NCBI GenBank assembly: GCA_964638515.1
Contig: CAZWZL010000005.1
Location: 8,809-72,808 of the forward strand
Source: an uncultured Phycisphaeraceae bacterium
GTDB taxonomy: Bacteria > Planctomycetota > Phycisphaerae > Phycisphaerales > UBA1924
DNA: 64,000 bases
Reading direction: 5' to 3'
A model generated the notes under the pieces. The model made no database searches, had not been told where the DNA came from, and worked only from the letters and a program-made list of their open reading frames with translations. Within the stretch, counting starts at the first letter, position 1; the number at the start of each line of letters is the position of its first letter. This document shows, piece after piece, positions 1-11,307 of the stretch. A program made the translations under genes and the position numbers.

Positions 1-2028
1 GTAGAGACGCGAGGTGCGGACGAGTTCGGCGCACATGACCCACTTGCCGGGGGACTCGAAGAGGCCTGAGCCGGGGAAGATGAAGAAGCGGAGCTCGCGC
101 GGGCCCTGGTATTCGCGGGTGTCGGTCTTCTTCCCGATGGAGGAGAGGAGGCCGGTGAGGAGGGCACGGTGGATGGCGTCGGGCTTGGCCGGGTTTGGGA
201 GTTCGTGGTAGCCCATCTTGTTCATCATGGAGCGGAGCTGTCGCTGGACGTCTTCCCATTCCCGGAGGCGGATGTAGGAGAGAAAGTGTGACTTGCAGGC
301 TTTGCGCGCGCGCGAGGCGCCTTGCTTCTTTTCGCTCTGCCAGAACTTCCAGAGGTTGAGGATGGCGAGGAAGTCGGAGGTTTCGTCGCGGAACTGCTCG
401 TGCGCGGTGTCGGCGGCGGCCTGCTGGTCGGAGGGGCGGACGCGGGGGTCTTGCACGGCGAGCGCGGAGGCGATGATGAGGACTTCGGCGAGACAGTGTT
501 CGCCCACGGCGGCGATGAGCATGCGCGCGATGCGGGGATCGACGGGGAGACGCGCGAGTTCCTGACCCATCGGGGTGAGGTGGTGTGACTCGTCGATGGC
601 GCCGAGCTCGAGGAGGGTGTCGAGCCCGTCGCGGATGAGTCGGGCGTCGGGGGGATCGATGAAGGGGAAGCCTTCGACGTCGCCCAGGTGGAGCGACTTC
701 ATCTGGAGAATGACGGAGGCGAGATTGGAGCGGAGGATTTCGGGTTCGGTGAAGGCGGGCTGTGCGCGATGGTCTTCTTCGGAGTAGAGGCGGATGCAGA
801 GGCCGGGCGCGACGCGGCCGCAGCGGCCCTTGCGCTGATCGGCGGAGGCCTGGGAGACGCGTTCGACGGGGAGGCCCTGAACCTTGGTGCGGGGTGAGTA
901 GCGCGAGATGCGTGCGAAGCCCGGATCGATGACGGCGGTGACGCCGGGCACGGTGACGGAGGTTTCGGCGATGTTGGTGGCGAGGACGACGCGTCGCTTC
1001 TTGTGTGGCTCGAACACGCGTTGCTGTTCGTCGGAGGTGAGGCGGGCGTAGAGGGGGAGGATGTCGGCGTTCAGACGGGCGTCGGCGAGGGCCTCGGCAG
1101 TCTGGCGGATCTCGCGCTCGCCGGAGAGGAAGACGAGCGCATCGCCGGGGGTATCGCGGAGGGTGGTGCGCACGGCGGCAACGATGGCGTCCTGCAGATT
1201 GGGATCGTCCTCGTCGGGGTCTTCGGCGCTGACGGGGGTGTATCGCGTTTCGATGGGGTAGGTGCGGCCGGAGACTTCGATGACGGGGGCGTTGAAGAAG
1301 TGCGCGCTGAAGCGGGCGGGGTCGATGGTGGCGGAGGTGATGATGAGCTTTAGGTCGGGGCGTCGGGGGAGGATGCGTTTGACGTAGCCCAGTAGGAAGT
1401 CGATGTTGAGGGAGCGCTCGTGGGCCTCGTCGATGATGAGGGTGTCGTATTTCTCGAGGAGGCGATCGGATTGGGTTTCGGCGAGTAGGAGGCCGTCGGT
1501 CATGAGTTTGACGTAGGCCGAGGGCTGGATGGCGTCCTGAAAGCGGATGGCAAAGCCGACATCTCGGCCGAGCGGGGAGTGGAGTTCGTGGGCGATGCGT
1601 GCGGCGACGGATCGTGCGGCGATGCGCCGGGGCTGAGTGTGACCGATGAGGCCCCGGACGCCGCGGGCGAGGGAGAGGCAGATCTTGGGGAGCTGGGTGG
1701 TCTTGCCTGAGCCGGTTTCGCCGCAGAGGACGACGACCTGGTGGGAGGAGATAGCTTGGGCGATCTCAGAGTGGCGGGCGGAAACGGGGAGTTCGGGCGG
1801 GAAGGTGGGCTTTGGGAGACGTTCGGCGCGGTCTGCGCGGCGCGCGGCGGAGGAGCGCGCGTCCTGAAGGATGGCGTCAAGGGAATCGCGCGTGGCGGCG
1901 CGGCGGCGGGTCTGACGGGAAGGGGTGGAGGCGTCCTGGAGCGCGCGGAGGCGGCGGCGCAGGCGGCGCGCGTCGAAGGTCATGCACTGCGGGAGCAGCG
2001 CGTGGATGTGGCTCGGGTCCACGCTCAT
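1..2028 (-). CDS. hrpA: ATP-dependent RNA helicase HrpA (DEAH-box); N-terminal 676 codons, 3' end lies beyond the window start
   Basis: Absent from the ORF track because it runs off the edge. Reverse-strand translation from ATG at 2028 gives MSVDPSHIHALLPQCMTFDARRL..., then GETGSGKTTQLP (Walker A), IIDEAHERSLNIDFLL (DEAH), TSATID, FLSGEREI, TNIAETSVTVPG and QRKGRCGR. The frame stays open to nt 1. Confidence 0.9.
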   Translation of the reverse strand, partial: MSVDPSHIHALLPQCMTFDARRLRRRLRALQDASTPSRQTRRRAATRDSLDAILQDARSSAARRADRAERLPKPTFPPELPVSARHSEIAQAISSHQVVVLCGETGSGKTTQLPKICLSLARGVRGLIGHTQPRRIAARSVAARIAHELHSPLGRDVGFAIRFQDAIQPSAYVKLMTDGLLLAETQSDRLLEKYDTLIIDEAHERSLNIDFLLGYVKRILPRRPDLKLIITSATIDPARFSAHFFNAPVIEVSGRTYPIETRYTPVSAEDPDEDDPNLQDAIVAAVRTTLRDTPGDALVFLSGEREIRQTAEALADARLNADILPLYARLTSDEQQRVFEPHKKRRVVLATNIAETSVTVPGVTAVIDPGFARISRYSPRTKVQGLPVERVSQASADQRKGRCGRVAPGLCIRLYSEEDHRAQPAFTEPEILRSNLASVILQMKSLHLGDVEGFPFIDPPDARLIRDGLDTLLELGAIDESHHLTPMGQELARLPVDPRIARMLIAAVGEHCLAEVLIIASALAVQDPRVRPSDQQAAADTAHEQFRDETSDFLAILNLWKFWQSEKKQGASRARKACKSHFLSYIRLREWEDVQRQLRSMMNKMGYHELPNPAKPDAIHRALLTGLLSSIGKKTDTREYQGPRELRFFIFPGSGLFESPGKWVMCAELVRTSRLY

Positions 2029-2056
2029 TTCGGCGTGGACTGTAGACGAGGCTGGG

Positions 2057-4528
2057 TCAGCAGGTCAGGCCGAAGTTGGAGAGGACGAGGTTGAGGTCGG
2101 CGAAGTTCACGACGCCGTCGCCGGTGACATCGCCGGCGAGCCCGGCGCCGACCTGGCCGAACTGGGAGAGGACGGTGTTGAGGTCGGCGAAGTTGACGAC
2201 GAGGTCGCCGTTGGTGTCGCCGGGGCAGCCGCCGACGTTGATGGTGAAGGGGATGCTGGCGCTGAAGGACTCGCCGTAGGAGTCGGAGTTGATCGCGACG
2301 CTGACGACGAGGGGCCCGGCGACGGGCGGGGCCTGCACTGTCCAGGAGACCGGGGTGGAAGCGCCCGCGGCCAACGAAGGGACGTTCTGGATGGGATTGC
2401 CGACGACCTGCGCGCCGTTCAGGGTGGCGACGATGAAGTGGGCGCGGAGATCGCCGATGTTGTCGAGCAGCAGCGTGAGCGTGAAGTTTGAGCCCGGGGT
2501 GACTGTGCCGGGCGAGGCGAATGATCCGCCGAACGCGGGGCCGGCTTTGGCGACGAAGTTCTCCTGCGTTGCGAGGGCGAACTCTTCGGTGGTGATGTCG
2601 GGGTCGAAGGCGCCGGTGGCTTCGACCTTGAGGACGGTGAACTCGTCGGACAGGAGGCTCAGCTGCTCGACGTTGTCGATGGTGGACTGTGAGGAAGCGA
2701 GCGGGACGTTGTCGGACTCGCGGAAAGCGAAGAGGTCGAGGTTGGAGAGGCCTTCGATCTGAGTCGGGAAGGTTGCGCCGTTGTAGGCGACGTGGCGCTC
2801 CCAGACGAGGGTGGCCTTTTCGTGCGTGAACATCTGGCCTGCGTAGAGCTTGAAGTCGGCGGTTTCGGGGGAGGGCGGCACGGAGTCGATGAAGAAGTCG
2901 AGCCCGTGGATGTAGGCCTGCGCGGGGTTCATGTAGCCCCAGCCGTAGCGGCGATTCCAGAAGGAGCCGTTGACCCAGGTGTCGTCGGCGGTGGAAGAGG
3001 TGCCGTTGTCGTTGATGGCGTCGGTGGTGTTGAGGAGGACGGCTTTGCCGGCCTTGGTGTCATTGGCGCCCATGTCCCAGAGGAGGACGAAGACGCCGCC
3101 GGTGTGTGGCGCGGCTGCGGAAGTTCCGCCAAAGGTGGTGGTGAATCCGCCTGAGGGAGTGCAGGTGGTGGAGTTGGTGCCCGGGGAGGTGATGTCGGGC
3201 TTTTTGCGTCCGCCGGCCGTGGGGCCTCGGGAGGAGGAGGAGGTGATTCGGTGTGAGGCGCGGTTGGTGTTGTTGAAGTCGTCCATGTTGGCGGAGGCGA
3301 GGAGGTTGTAGGCGGGCGCGGGGAAGGTGATGGTTGGGTTGCCGGAGCCGAACCCTCCGTTGCCGGTGGACTTGGAGACCATGAATCCGAAGTTGGAGAT
3401 GGCGCCGTCGAAGAACTGGTCGGTGGTGGAGTAATCGATGGTGGATGCGGTGCCGTTGCCGAAGGAGTAGTTGACGTCTTCGGCTTCGCCTGTCGAGGCG
3501 ATGTAGTTCATGCCGGGCATGGAGGTATTGATGTCGCCAGCGAGGGCGACGACGATCTTGTCGCAGCCGAAGGCCATGCCTCGGAAGGAGGCATGGGTGG
3601 AGGCCATGATGCCGGCGACGCCTGTGCCGTGGGTGCCTGAATCGTTCACGCCCATGTTGGAGAGGAAGGGGTGCGGGGAGAGGTTCGGGTGGCTCTGCTG
3701 GACGCCGGTGTCGAGGACGCCGATGTCGTGGACGCCGCCGGTGATGCCGTTGGCCCAGAAGCCGGTGGTGAGGCCGAGGGAGATCTGGTGGTTGTCGAGT
3801 TCGGGTTGGCCGGGATGGTTGAGATCGATTTGGGCGACGAGCGGGTGACCGGCGAGGACGTTGAGGTCGCGCGCGAGGAGTCGGACGCCCATCGCGCTGA
3901 CGAACTCGGTCTTCATGACGACCTCGGCGCCGAGGCCCTGGACGAACGCGGTGAAGGCCGCGTGATCGGGCGCGACGGCGGCGGCGGCTCGCTGGAAGAT
4001 GTCACGGCGGGCCTGGGCTTCGAGTTCATCGAGCTGGAGGGCGAGCTGTCGGCGGGCGTCGATATCGGCGGGGTCGGCCGGGATGGCGACCCAGGCGCGT
4101 TCTTCTTCGGGTGTCATCGTGGCGTCGGGGAGCGCGCGGCGGGTGAGGTCGCGGATCTGCGCGGAGATGGCGTCTTTCTGCGGCTTGAGCGCGCCGCGGA
4201 TTTCGCGCGCGATGGGGTTGGCGGGCTGGTTGCGGAGCATTACGACGACTTCGATGACGGTGTCGCCGTCGAGGCGGGCGACCGTATCGGCGAGCGCGGC
4301 TGTGATGATCTGCGGCTCTTCCGCGGCGACCTTGGCGCGGAGTTGTTCGATGGTGTAGGTCCCGGTGGCGTCGGTATAGAGCATCTGCTCGCCGGTGGCG
4401 GAACGGGCGACATCGACGCGGTACTGGGCGCCGTTGATCTCGACGAACTGTGCGTTGGCTGCGGCGGCGAAGGCCAGGCCGGCGATCAGGGCGAGTGTAT
4501 GGGTGTGGCGGTTGGAGCGGTGCGTCAT
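2057..4528 (-). CDS. Secreted subtilisin-like serine protease (peptidase S8) with two C-terminal dockerin/EF-hand-like repeats
   Basis: 823-aa ORF. Signal peptide MTHRSNRHTHTLALIAGLAFAAAANAQ. Catalytic motifs VLDTGV (Asp), HGTGVAGIMAS (His), GGTSAAAPHTGG (Ser). C-terminus DTNGDLVVNFADLNTVLSQFG / DVTGDGVVNFADLNLVLSNFG. Confidence 0.9.
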   Translation of the reverse strand: MTHRSNRHTHTLALIAGLAFAAAANAQFVEINGAQYRVDVARSATGEQMLYTDATGTYTIEQLRAKVAAEEPQIITAALADTVARLDGDTVIEVVVMLRNQPANPIAREIRGALKPQKDAISAQIRDLTRRALPDATMTPEEERAWVAIPADPADIDARRQLALQLDELEAQARRDIFQRAAAAVAPDHAAFTAFVQGLGAEVVMKTEFVSAMGVRLLARDLNVLAGHPLVAQIDLNHPGQPELDNHQISLGLTTGFWANGITGGVHDIGVLDTGVQQSHPNLSPHPFLSNMGVNDSGTHGTGVAGIMASTHASFRGMAFGCDKIVVALAGDINTSMPGMNYIASTGEAEDVNYSFGNGTASTIDYSTTDQFFDGAISNFGFMVSKSTGNGGFGSGNPTITFPAPAYNLLASANMDDFNNTNRASHRITSSSSRGPTAGGRKKPDITSPGTNSTTCTPSGGFTTTFGGTSAAAPHTGGVFVLLWDMGANDTKAGKAVLLNTTDAINDNGTSSTADDTWVNGSFWNRRYGWGYMNPAQAYIHGLDFFIDSVPPSPETADFKLYAGQMFTHEKATLVWERHVAYNGATFPTQIEGLSNLDLFAFRESDNVPLASSQSTIDNVEQLSLLSDEFTVLKVEATGAFDPDITTEEFALATQENFVAKAGPAFGGSFASPGTVTPGSNFTLTLLLDNIGDLRAHFIVATLNGAQVVGNPIQNVPSLAAGASTPVSWTVQAPPVAGPLVVSVAINSDSYGESFSASIPFTINVGGCPGDTNGDLVVNFADLNTVLSQFGQVGAGLAGDVTGDGVVNFADLNLVLSNFGLTC
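2075..2221 (-). repeat. Two ~60-nt direct repeat units (period ~87 nt) encoding the paired dockerin-like segments of the S8 protease
   Basis: gagaggacgaggttgaggtcggcgaagttcacgacg (from ~2080) recurs as gagaggacggtgttgaggtcggcgaagttgacgacg (from ~2166). Confidence 0.7.
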
Positions 4529-4677
4529 CTCGCGGCATCTCCTGCGGGGGTCGGATCGGATCCAGAGGGGGCGCGCGCACCGCGCCCCTTTCGTGTGGAT
4601 TCAACGTACCACCGGGGTCGGTGAGGAGGAACCGGAAAGCCGGGTTTTCGGACAAATTCGAGGGGGAGGGGCGTGGG

Positions 4678-5907
4678 ATGGCCGGGCGCGGTAGTGTCGG
4701 CGGGATGGGCCGAGATTCGTGGGTGTCGGCGCGGTTTGCGCCTTTCGGGACGACGATATTTGCGGAGATGACGCGCCTGGCGCAGGAGCACGGGGCGGTG
4801 AATCTGTCGCAGGGTTTCCCGGACTTTGACGGCCCGGCGTTCGTGCGTGACGCGGCGGCACGGGCGACGACGTCCGGGCCTGGTGGAGGGGGGGCGAATC
4901 AGTACGCCCGGATGCAGGGGCTTCCCGCGCTGAACGAGGCGATCGCGGGCGCGTGGACGGCGCGGACGGGGCTGGCGTGCGAAGGGACGAGTGAGGTGAC
5001 GGTGACGGCGGGCTGCACGGAGGGATTGGCGGCCGCGTTTCTCGGGTTGCTGAACGCCGGGGATGAGGTGGTGATGTTCGAGCCGTTCTACGACTCGTAC
5101 CGGGCGTGCGCGGCGATGGCCGGGGCCGAGATTCGATTTGTGCCGCTGCGCGCCGGCGCGGCGCCCGGGGCCGGGTTTACGTTCGACGAATCGGAGCTTC
5201 GTGCGGCGTTTTCGGGGAAAACCCGGGCGATCCTTGTGAACACGCCGCACAACCCGACGGGGAAGGTGTTCACGCGCGCGGAGTTGGAGACGATCGCCCG
5301 GTTGTGCGTGGAGCGCGACGTGATTGCGATCACGGATGAGGTGTACGAGCGGCTGGTGTTTGAGACTGACCGGCCGCACGTCTCGCTGGCGACGCTGCCG
5401 GGGATGGCGGAGCGGACGGTGACGCTGTCGAGCCTGGGGAAAACGTTCAGCCTGACGGGGTGGAAGATCGGGTGGGCGATCGCGCCGGCGGGGTTGAGTG
5501 CGGGCGTTCGTGCCGCGCATCAGTTTCTGACGTTTGCGGTGGCGACGCCGCTGCAGCACGCGGCTGTGGAGGCGTTGACGAACGGGGAGGAGTATGTTCG
5601 CGGGCTCGTTGAGGAGTATCGTGGATCGCGGGACTTTCTCGCGGGCGTGCTGGAGCGCGCGGGGCTGCGCGTGTTCCCGACGGAGGGGACGTATTTCATC
5701 ATGGCGGACCACTCGGCGCTCGGGTTCGAGGACGACGTGGCGTTTTGTCGGCATCTCACGAGCGAGGTGGGCGTGGCGGCGATCCCGCCCAGCGCGTTCT
5801 ATTCGCACAAGGAGCTTGGAAAGCACCTCGTGCGGTTCGCGTTCTGCAAGAAGCGCGAGACGCTGGAAGAGGCGGCGAGGCGTTTGGGCGCGCTGCGGAA
5901 AGGGTGA
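4678..5907 (+). CDS. Class-I/II PLP aminotransferase (YbdL / kynurenine-glutamine transaminase-like)
   Basis: Track ORF 4450..5907 trimmed to ATG 4678, preceded by GGGGAGGGG; alternative ATG at 4705. Motifs LSQGFPDFDGP, NQYARMQG, NTPHNPTGKVF, SLGKTFSLTGWKIGW (PLP-lysine region). Confidence 0.85.
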   Translation: MAGRGSVGGMGRDSWVSARFAPFGTTIFAEMTRLAQEHGAVNLSQGFPDFDGPAFVRDAAARATTSGPGGGGANQYARMQGLPALNEAIAGAWTARTGLACEGTSEVTVTAGCTEGLAAAFLGLLNAGDEVVMFEPFYDSYRACAAMAGAEIRFVPLRAGAAPGAGFTFDESELRAAFSGKTRAILVNTPHNPTGKVFTRAELETIARLCVERDVIAITDEVYERLVFETDRPHVSLATLPGMAERTVTLSSLGKTFSLTGWKIGWAIAPAGLSAGVRAAHQFLTFAVATPLQHAAVEALTNGEEYVRGLVEEYRGSRDFLAGVLERAGLRVFPTEGTYFIMADHSALGFEDDVAFCRHLTSEVGVAAIPPSAFYSHKELGKHLVRFAFCKKRETLEEAARRLGALRKG

Positions 5908-5910
5908 GGC

Positions 5911-6905
5911 TCAGCGGCGTGGCTCGAGCGGCGTTGGCTCTGGTTCTTCGTGCGGCGCCCCGACCTGGCCTTGGATGGCCGCGACTCGCTCCGATACTTC
6001 GCGTTCGGCGGATCGGCGTTTGTGGGCGCGGCGGGCGAGATCGACGCTATACACGGCGAGCCCGGCCCAGATGAAGGCGAAGGTGATGGCGCGGCTCAGG
6101 GTGAGCGTTTCGCCGTAGACGAGCACCGCGAGCAGGAACTGGCCGGAGGGTGCGATGTACTGGAGGAAGCCGAGTGTGGTGAAGCGGATGCGTCGCGCCC
6201 CTTCCGTGAACCACCAGAGCGGGACGATGGTGACGACTCCGGCGAGCGGAAGGAGGATGTTGTCGGCGGGCGATCCGGGGAAGCGGCCGGCGCCGGAGAT
6301 CGCGGCCCACACGGCGTAGGCGATGGCGAGCGGGAGGAGTTGCCAGGTTTCGACGGCGAGGCCGGTGAGGGCGTCGACGGGCGCGCGTTTGCGGAGCAGG
6401 CCGTAGAACCCGAAGGAGATGGCGAGACCGAGCGAGAGCCAGGGGAGGGAGCCGAAGCCGATGACGAACCACGCGACGCCGAGCGAGGCGAGGGCGAGTC
6501 CGATGATTTGTGCGCGGTTCAGGCGCTCTTTCAGGAGCACCACGGCGAGCGCGACGTTGACGAGGGGGTTGAGGTAGTAGCCGAGTGAGGCCTCGAGCAT
6601 GCGGCTGCTCGCGACCGCGTAGATGAACAGCAGCCAGTTGAAAGCGATGAGGCAGGTGGAGACGGCGAGGACTCGGCGGGCCTTGGGATCGCGGATGGCG
6701 CGCCACGGCTCGCGGGTGCGTCGTTTGAGTGCGAGCAGGCCGCCCAAGAGCAGTGCGCCCCAGATGACACGGTGCGCGAGGACTTCGACGGCGGCGACGT
6801 GGGCGACGGCTTTGAAGTAGATCGGAGCGAGCGCCCATGCGAGATAGGCGGCGACGGCCCAGGCGATTCCGGCGCCGGGGTCGGCGTTCGTTGCTTTGTG
6901 CGCGC

Positions 6906-6909
<4 letters not shown>
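5911..6909 (-). CDS. rarD: EamA/RarD-family (DMT superfamily) membrane transporter
   Basis: C-terminal 332 aa of track ORF 5911..7773, starting MSAHKATNADPGAGIAWAVAAYLAWALAPIYFK. About ten hydrophobic helices. The ATG at 6909 overlaps the lysK stop (ATGA). Confidence 0.85.
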
Positions 6910-8062
<1,153 letters not shown>

Positions 8063-8066
<4 letters not shown>

Positions 8067-8878
8067 TCGAACACCGTGCCTTGTCCTGCCAGGGCGTTGC
8101 GGATGGGGGTGGCGATTCGACCGTCGGCGAAGATGATGCGGCGCACGCCGGCGTTCATGGCCTCCTCGGCGCCCAGGACCTTCTTCTTCATGCGGCCCTG
8201 CGCGGATTCGGCTGCCCTGGGGATGTCCGCGCGGGGGATCCGGGGGATGAGCGTGGATTCGTCGGGGAAGTTTCGGAGCAGTCCCGGGGCGCTGGTGAGG
8301 TAGAGGATGGTGGATGCGCGGAGCGCGGCGGCGGTCATGGCGGCGGCGCGGTCTGCATCGACATTGATGGCTTCGCCTTCCATGGACACTGCCGGGGGCG
8401 TGAGCACGGGGGTGATGCCGGTGGCCAGGAGATGGTCGAGCAGTTCGACGTTGACGCGATCGACCGTGCCGGTGTAGTCATCGCGGACGACGACGGTTCG
8501 GCCCTCGATGACGGCGCGGATGGCGGCTTTTCGCGTGCCCTGCCAGAGTCGCGCGTCGAGCCCGCTCAGGCCTGCGGCGTTGATGCCGAGGCGTTGGAGC
8601 CGCTCGACGACGCCCTTGTTGACGCTTCCGCAATAGACCATCTCGAAGAGTTCGAGGGTCTTGCGGTCGGTGCGTCTTGAGACGTGACCGGAGGGGGAGG
8701 TGAGGAAGTTGGGCGGGTGACCGAGCGCTGCGGAGACTTCGTTGAGACGGGCCGAGCCGCCGTGCACGAGCACGACGCGCCACGCGCCCTCCTTGATGAG
8801 TTCGGCGACGTCGGCGCAGATGGCGTCGAGGTTGATGCCTTCGCCGCCGCCGGCTTTGATGACAAGCGTTTCGCGCAT
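8063..8878 (-). CDS. lysZ: Amino-acid kinase family, [LysW]-aminoadipate/glutamate kinase (LysZ)
   Basis: Real part of track ORF 8063..9280, starting at ATG 8878: [12 protein letters not shown]...VLVHGGS...[10 protein letters not shown] (acetylglutamate-kinase fold). 271 aa, shorter than the ArgB encoded at 21195. Confidence 0.85.
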
Positions 8879-8892
8879 GTTGCTCCGGGGAA

Positions 8893-9921
8893 TCAGATGG
8901 GGTGCAGTCCCGGGAAGGCGAGCCCGGCATTCTCCTCGAAGCCGAGCATGAGGTTGAGGCACTGGATCGCGCTTCCGGCGGCGCCTTTCACGAGGTTGTC
9001 GATGGCGCTGAGCGCCACGACTCGTCGGCCGCCGTCCTCCACTTCCCAGCCGACGTCGCAGAAGTTCGAGCCGGCGAGGATCTTGGGGTCGGGCAGTCGG
9101 TGCAGGCCTGTCTTCTCGCGCACGATGCGGACGAAGGGCTCGTTGCCGTAGGCAGCGCGGTAGAGCGACCACATTCGCTTGTCGTCGACGGGCTCGCGAG
9201 TGAAGACGTGCGCGGTGCAGAGGACGCCTCGCACGGCTTCGACCGCTGTTGCGGTGAAGTGGGCGTCGAAATCGCCGCATTCCTGCGCGACCTCGGCGAG
9301 GTGACGATGGGTCGTGGGGGCGAAGGTGCGCATGGCGCCGGAGCGTTCGGGGTGGTGTGAGCCGGGGCCGTGCTCTGCGCCGCCTTCAGAGGAGCCGACC
9401 TTGAGATCGAAGACGACGCGCTCGATGAGCCCTGCGCGGGCGAGTGGGAGGATGGCGAGATTGGCGGCGGTGGCGTTGCAGCCGACGCCGGAGGCATAGC
9501 GGGCCTTGCGGAGCGATTCGCGCCTGGTTTCCGGCAGGCCGTAGACGAATCGGTCGAGCCAGCCCGGGGAAGGGTGCGGTTCGCCGTACCAGCGGGCGTA
9601 GGCGTCGGGGTCCTTGAGGCGGAAGTCGGCGGAGAGGTCGACGATGCGGTCGGCGAGTCCGGCCCATCGCTCGATCTCCTTGGCGCCGACGGTGTGGGGC
9701 TGGGCGAGCAGGAGCGCGTCGCACCTTTCGATCTGATCCGGTGTGGTGAACTGCAGACGGGTCTGGCCGCGGAGATTGGGATGCACGGCGTGGGCGAATT
9801 TGCCGGCGTTGGCGCGGCTGGTGATCTGCGCGACGCGCAGATGGGGATGCTGGAGGAGCAGGCGGAGCGCTTCGCCGCCGCCGTAACCGGATGCGCCGAC
9901 GATGGAGACGGTGGCGGTCAC
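8893..9921 (-). CDS. lysY: [LysW]-aminoadipate/glutamate 6-phosphate reductase (LysY, ArgC paralogue)
   Basis: Real part of track ORF 8893..10659. GTG start at 9921 overlaps the lysX stop (GTGA). [22 protein letters not shown] (NAD-binding), catalytic Cys motif GVGCNATA, C-terminus [20 protein letters not shown]. Confidence 0.85.
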   Translation of the reverse strand: MTATVSIVGASGYGGGEALRLLLQHPHLRVAQITSRANAGKFAHAVHPNLRGQTRLQFTTPDQIERCDALLLAQPHTVGAKEIERWAGLADRIVDLSADFRLKDPDAYARWYGEPHPSPGWLDRFVYGLPETRRESLRKARYASGVGCNATAANLAILPLARAGLIERVVFDLKVGSSEGGAEHGPGSHHPERSGAMRTFAPTTHRHLAEVAQECGDFDAHFTATAVEAVRGVLCTAHVFTREPVDDKRMWSLYRAAYGNEPFVRIVREKTGLHRLPDPKILAGSNFCDVGWEVEDGGRRVVALSAIDNLVKGAAGSAIQCLNLMLGFEENAGLAFPGLHPI

Positions 9922-10823
9922 GCGCGGGCTCCCGCCACTGGCCTGGGCTCCACGAGCGTGCTCACGGGCGCCCGGCCTCGCCGGCCGACGCTGAGGACGT
10001 AGTCGGCGATCTTGCCCGGGATGTTGACGCCGGTGGGGTCGATGGAGTTCTTGTATTCCATGGTGTAGTTGACTTCGTTGACGAGCAGCCCGCGCGTGGG
10101 GTCTTCGAGCAGGTCGATGGCGACGACGCCCCCGCCGACGGCGGCGGCGGCGGCGCGGGAGATGCGGTCGAGGTCGTCGGACACCGTGACCGCGCCGGTC
10201 TTGCCGCCGCGCGCGGTGTTGGTGATCCAGTGCTCGCTGCGGCGTTCGATGGCGCAGATGGTTTCGTCGCCGACGACGAAGGTGCGGATGTCCCGGCCGG
10301 CCTTCTCGATGTATTCCTGGATATAGAAGACGGAATGGTGGTATGAGCCGAGCGTGGCCTTGTGCTCGAGGAGCGCCTCCGCGGCGTCGCGGTCGTTCAC
10401 CTTGGCCAGGAGTCTGCCCCAAGAGCCGACGGCGGGCTTGAGCACGACGGGGTAGCCCATTTCTTCGATGGCTTCGAGCGCGGCTTCGGGCGTGACGGCC
10501 ACGCGCATGCGCGGGGTGGGCACATGGTGGCGGACAAGTTCGAGGGAGGTGTTGAGCTTGCTCCCGCAGACGTCGGCCACGCGCAGCGGGTTGACGCAGG
10601 GCAGGCCCCAGGATTCGAGCACGCGGATCGCGGCGTCGGCCTGGGAGTGCGAGATGCACCGTTCGACGACGACATCGGCGTCGGCCCAGCGGCCCGGGTG
10701 ATGGGGATCGAACCGGAGCTCGCGGACGTCGACCATTTCGAGGTTGACGTTGCGGGCGGCGAGTTCATCAGCGAGGAGCTTTTCCTCGACACGGATTCGT
10801 GAGTACAGCATGGCCACGCGCAA
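9918..10823 (-). CDS. lysX: ATP-grasp ligase LysX/ArgX (RimK family); attaches the substrate to the LysW C-terminal Glu
   Basis: 301 aa. [45 protein letters not shown] and [15 protein letters not shown] closely match the Thermus LysX pattern as I recall it. Confidence 0.9.
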   Translation of the reverse strand: MRVAMLYSRIRVEEKLLADELAARNVNLEMVDVRELRFDPHHPGRWADADVVVERCISHSQADAAIRVLESWGLPCVNPLRVADVCGSKLNTSLELVRHHVPTPRMRVAVTPEAALEAIEEMGYPVVLKPAVGSWGRLLAKVNDRDAAEALLEHKATLGSYHHSVFYIQEYIEKAGRDIRTFVVGDETICAIERRSEHWITNTARGGKTGAVTVSDDLDRISRAAAAAVGGGVVAIDLLEDPTRGLLVNEVNYTMEYKNSIDPTGVNIPGKIADYVLSVGRRGRAPVSTLVEPRPVAGARA

Positions 10824-10868
10824 TGGGGATTCTCCGTTGGAGGTGGTGCGTGATCGGATGCGCGTGGA

Positions 10869-11054
10869 TTACTCGCCCCAGTCTTCCTTGACGGGGGGCG
10901 CGAGTTCGATGCGGAGGGGGACCAGCGAGACGACTTCGAGCTCGGCGCCGCACTCGGGGCACGGGATGACTTCGCCGGCGAGCGTGCGCGGCTTGATCTC
11001 GAGTTCGCCCGCGCACTCCACGCAGAGGACGGATTGGCTTGCGGTCTGTTCCAT
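10869..11054 (-). CDS. lysW: Amino-group carrier protein LysW (zinc-ribbon, acidic C-terminal EDWGE tail)
   Basis: 61 aa from ATG 11054, with SD AAGGAG upstream: MEQTASQSVLCVECAGELEIKPRTLAGEVIPCPECGAELEVVSLVPLRIELAPPVKEDWGE. CxxC...CxxC plus terminal EDWGE is the LysW signature. The track extends it artificially to 11174. Confidence 0.9.
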   Translation of the reverse strand: MEQTASQSVLCVECAGELEIKPRTLAGEVIPCPECGAELEVVSLVPLRIELAPPVKEDWGE

Positions 11055-11089
11055 GAGGCCGGCTCCTTGAATGAGTCTCTGAGAGATCC

Positions 11090-11125
11090 AAAAACCACAA
11101 CCCGCCGGTCGAGTGCCGGCGGGTT
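11090..11125 (-). terminator. Hairpin plus T-run about 40 nt upstream of the lysW start; candidate attenuator terminator
   Basis: Minus strand reads AACCCGCCGG-CACTCGA-CCGGCGGGTT (perfect 10-bp stem, 7-nt loop), then GTGG and TTTTT. It lies between a small upstream ORF and the lysW SD. The T-run is offset 4 nt from the stem, so it is weaker than a canonical terminator. Confidence 0.4.
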
Positions 11126-11160
11126 CCTGAATGCTCGTTCCCTGGTGCTTGGTCAGGGGG

Positions 11161-11298
11161 CTACGGGCAGACAAGACCGACCGGCGTCGAGGCGCCTTTC
11201 AGTTCTTTGCCTGCTTTTTTGACCTGAGCCGCGGCCGGCGCAGCGATCCCGCCGACCATGGCGGTCCGGGCGGGGTCGTGCTGGCGGCTCGTGCTCAT
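11161..11298 (-). CDS. 45-aa small ORF in the lysW leader (possible Lys-sensing leader peptide or small protein)
   Basis: Below the track's size cut-off. ATG 11298 to TAG 11161: MSTSRQHDPARTAMVGGIAAPAAAQVKKAGKELKGASTPVGLVCP. G/C-ending codons dominate the first 26 codons. All four Lys are encoded by AAA within an 8-codon stretch. Confidence 0.35.
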   Translation of the reverse strand: MSTSRQHDPARTAMVGGIAAPAAAQVKKAGKELKGASTPVGLVCP

Positions 11299-11307
11299 GT
11301 GGCGGGG

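Noticed and set aside
11055-11300. Lysine riboswitch (L-box) or T-box upstream of lysW
   Set aside because: I could not recognise the conserved L-box core or a T-box specifier/T-box sequence by eye. A covariance-model scan is needed, so I left it as a generic attenuator hypothesis.
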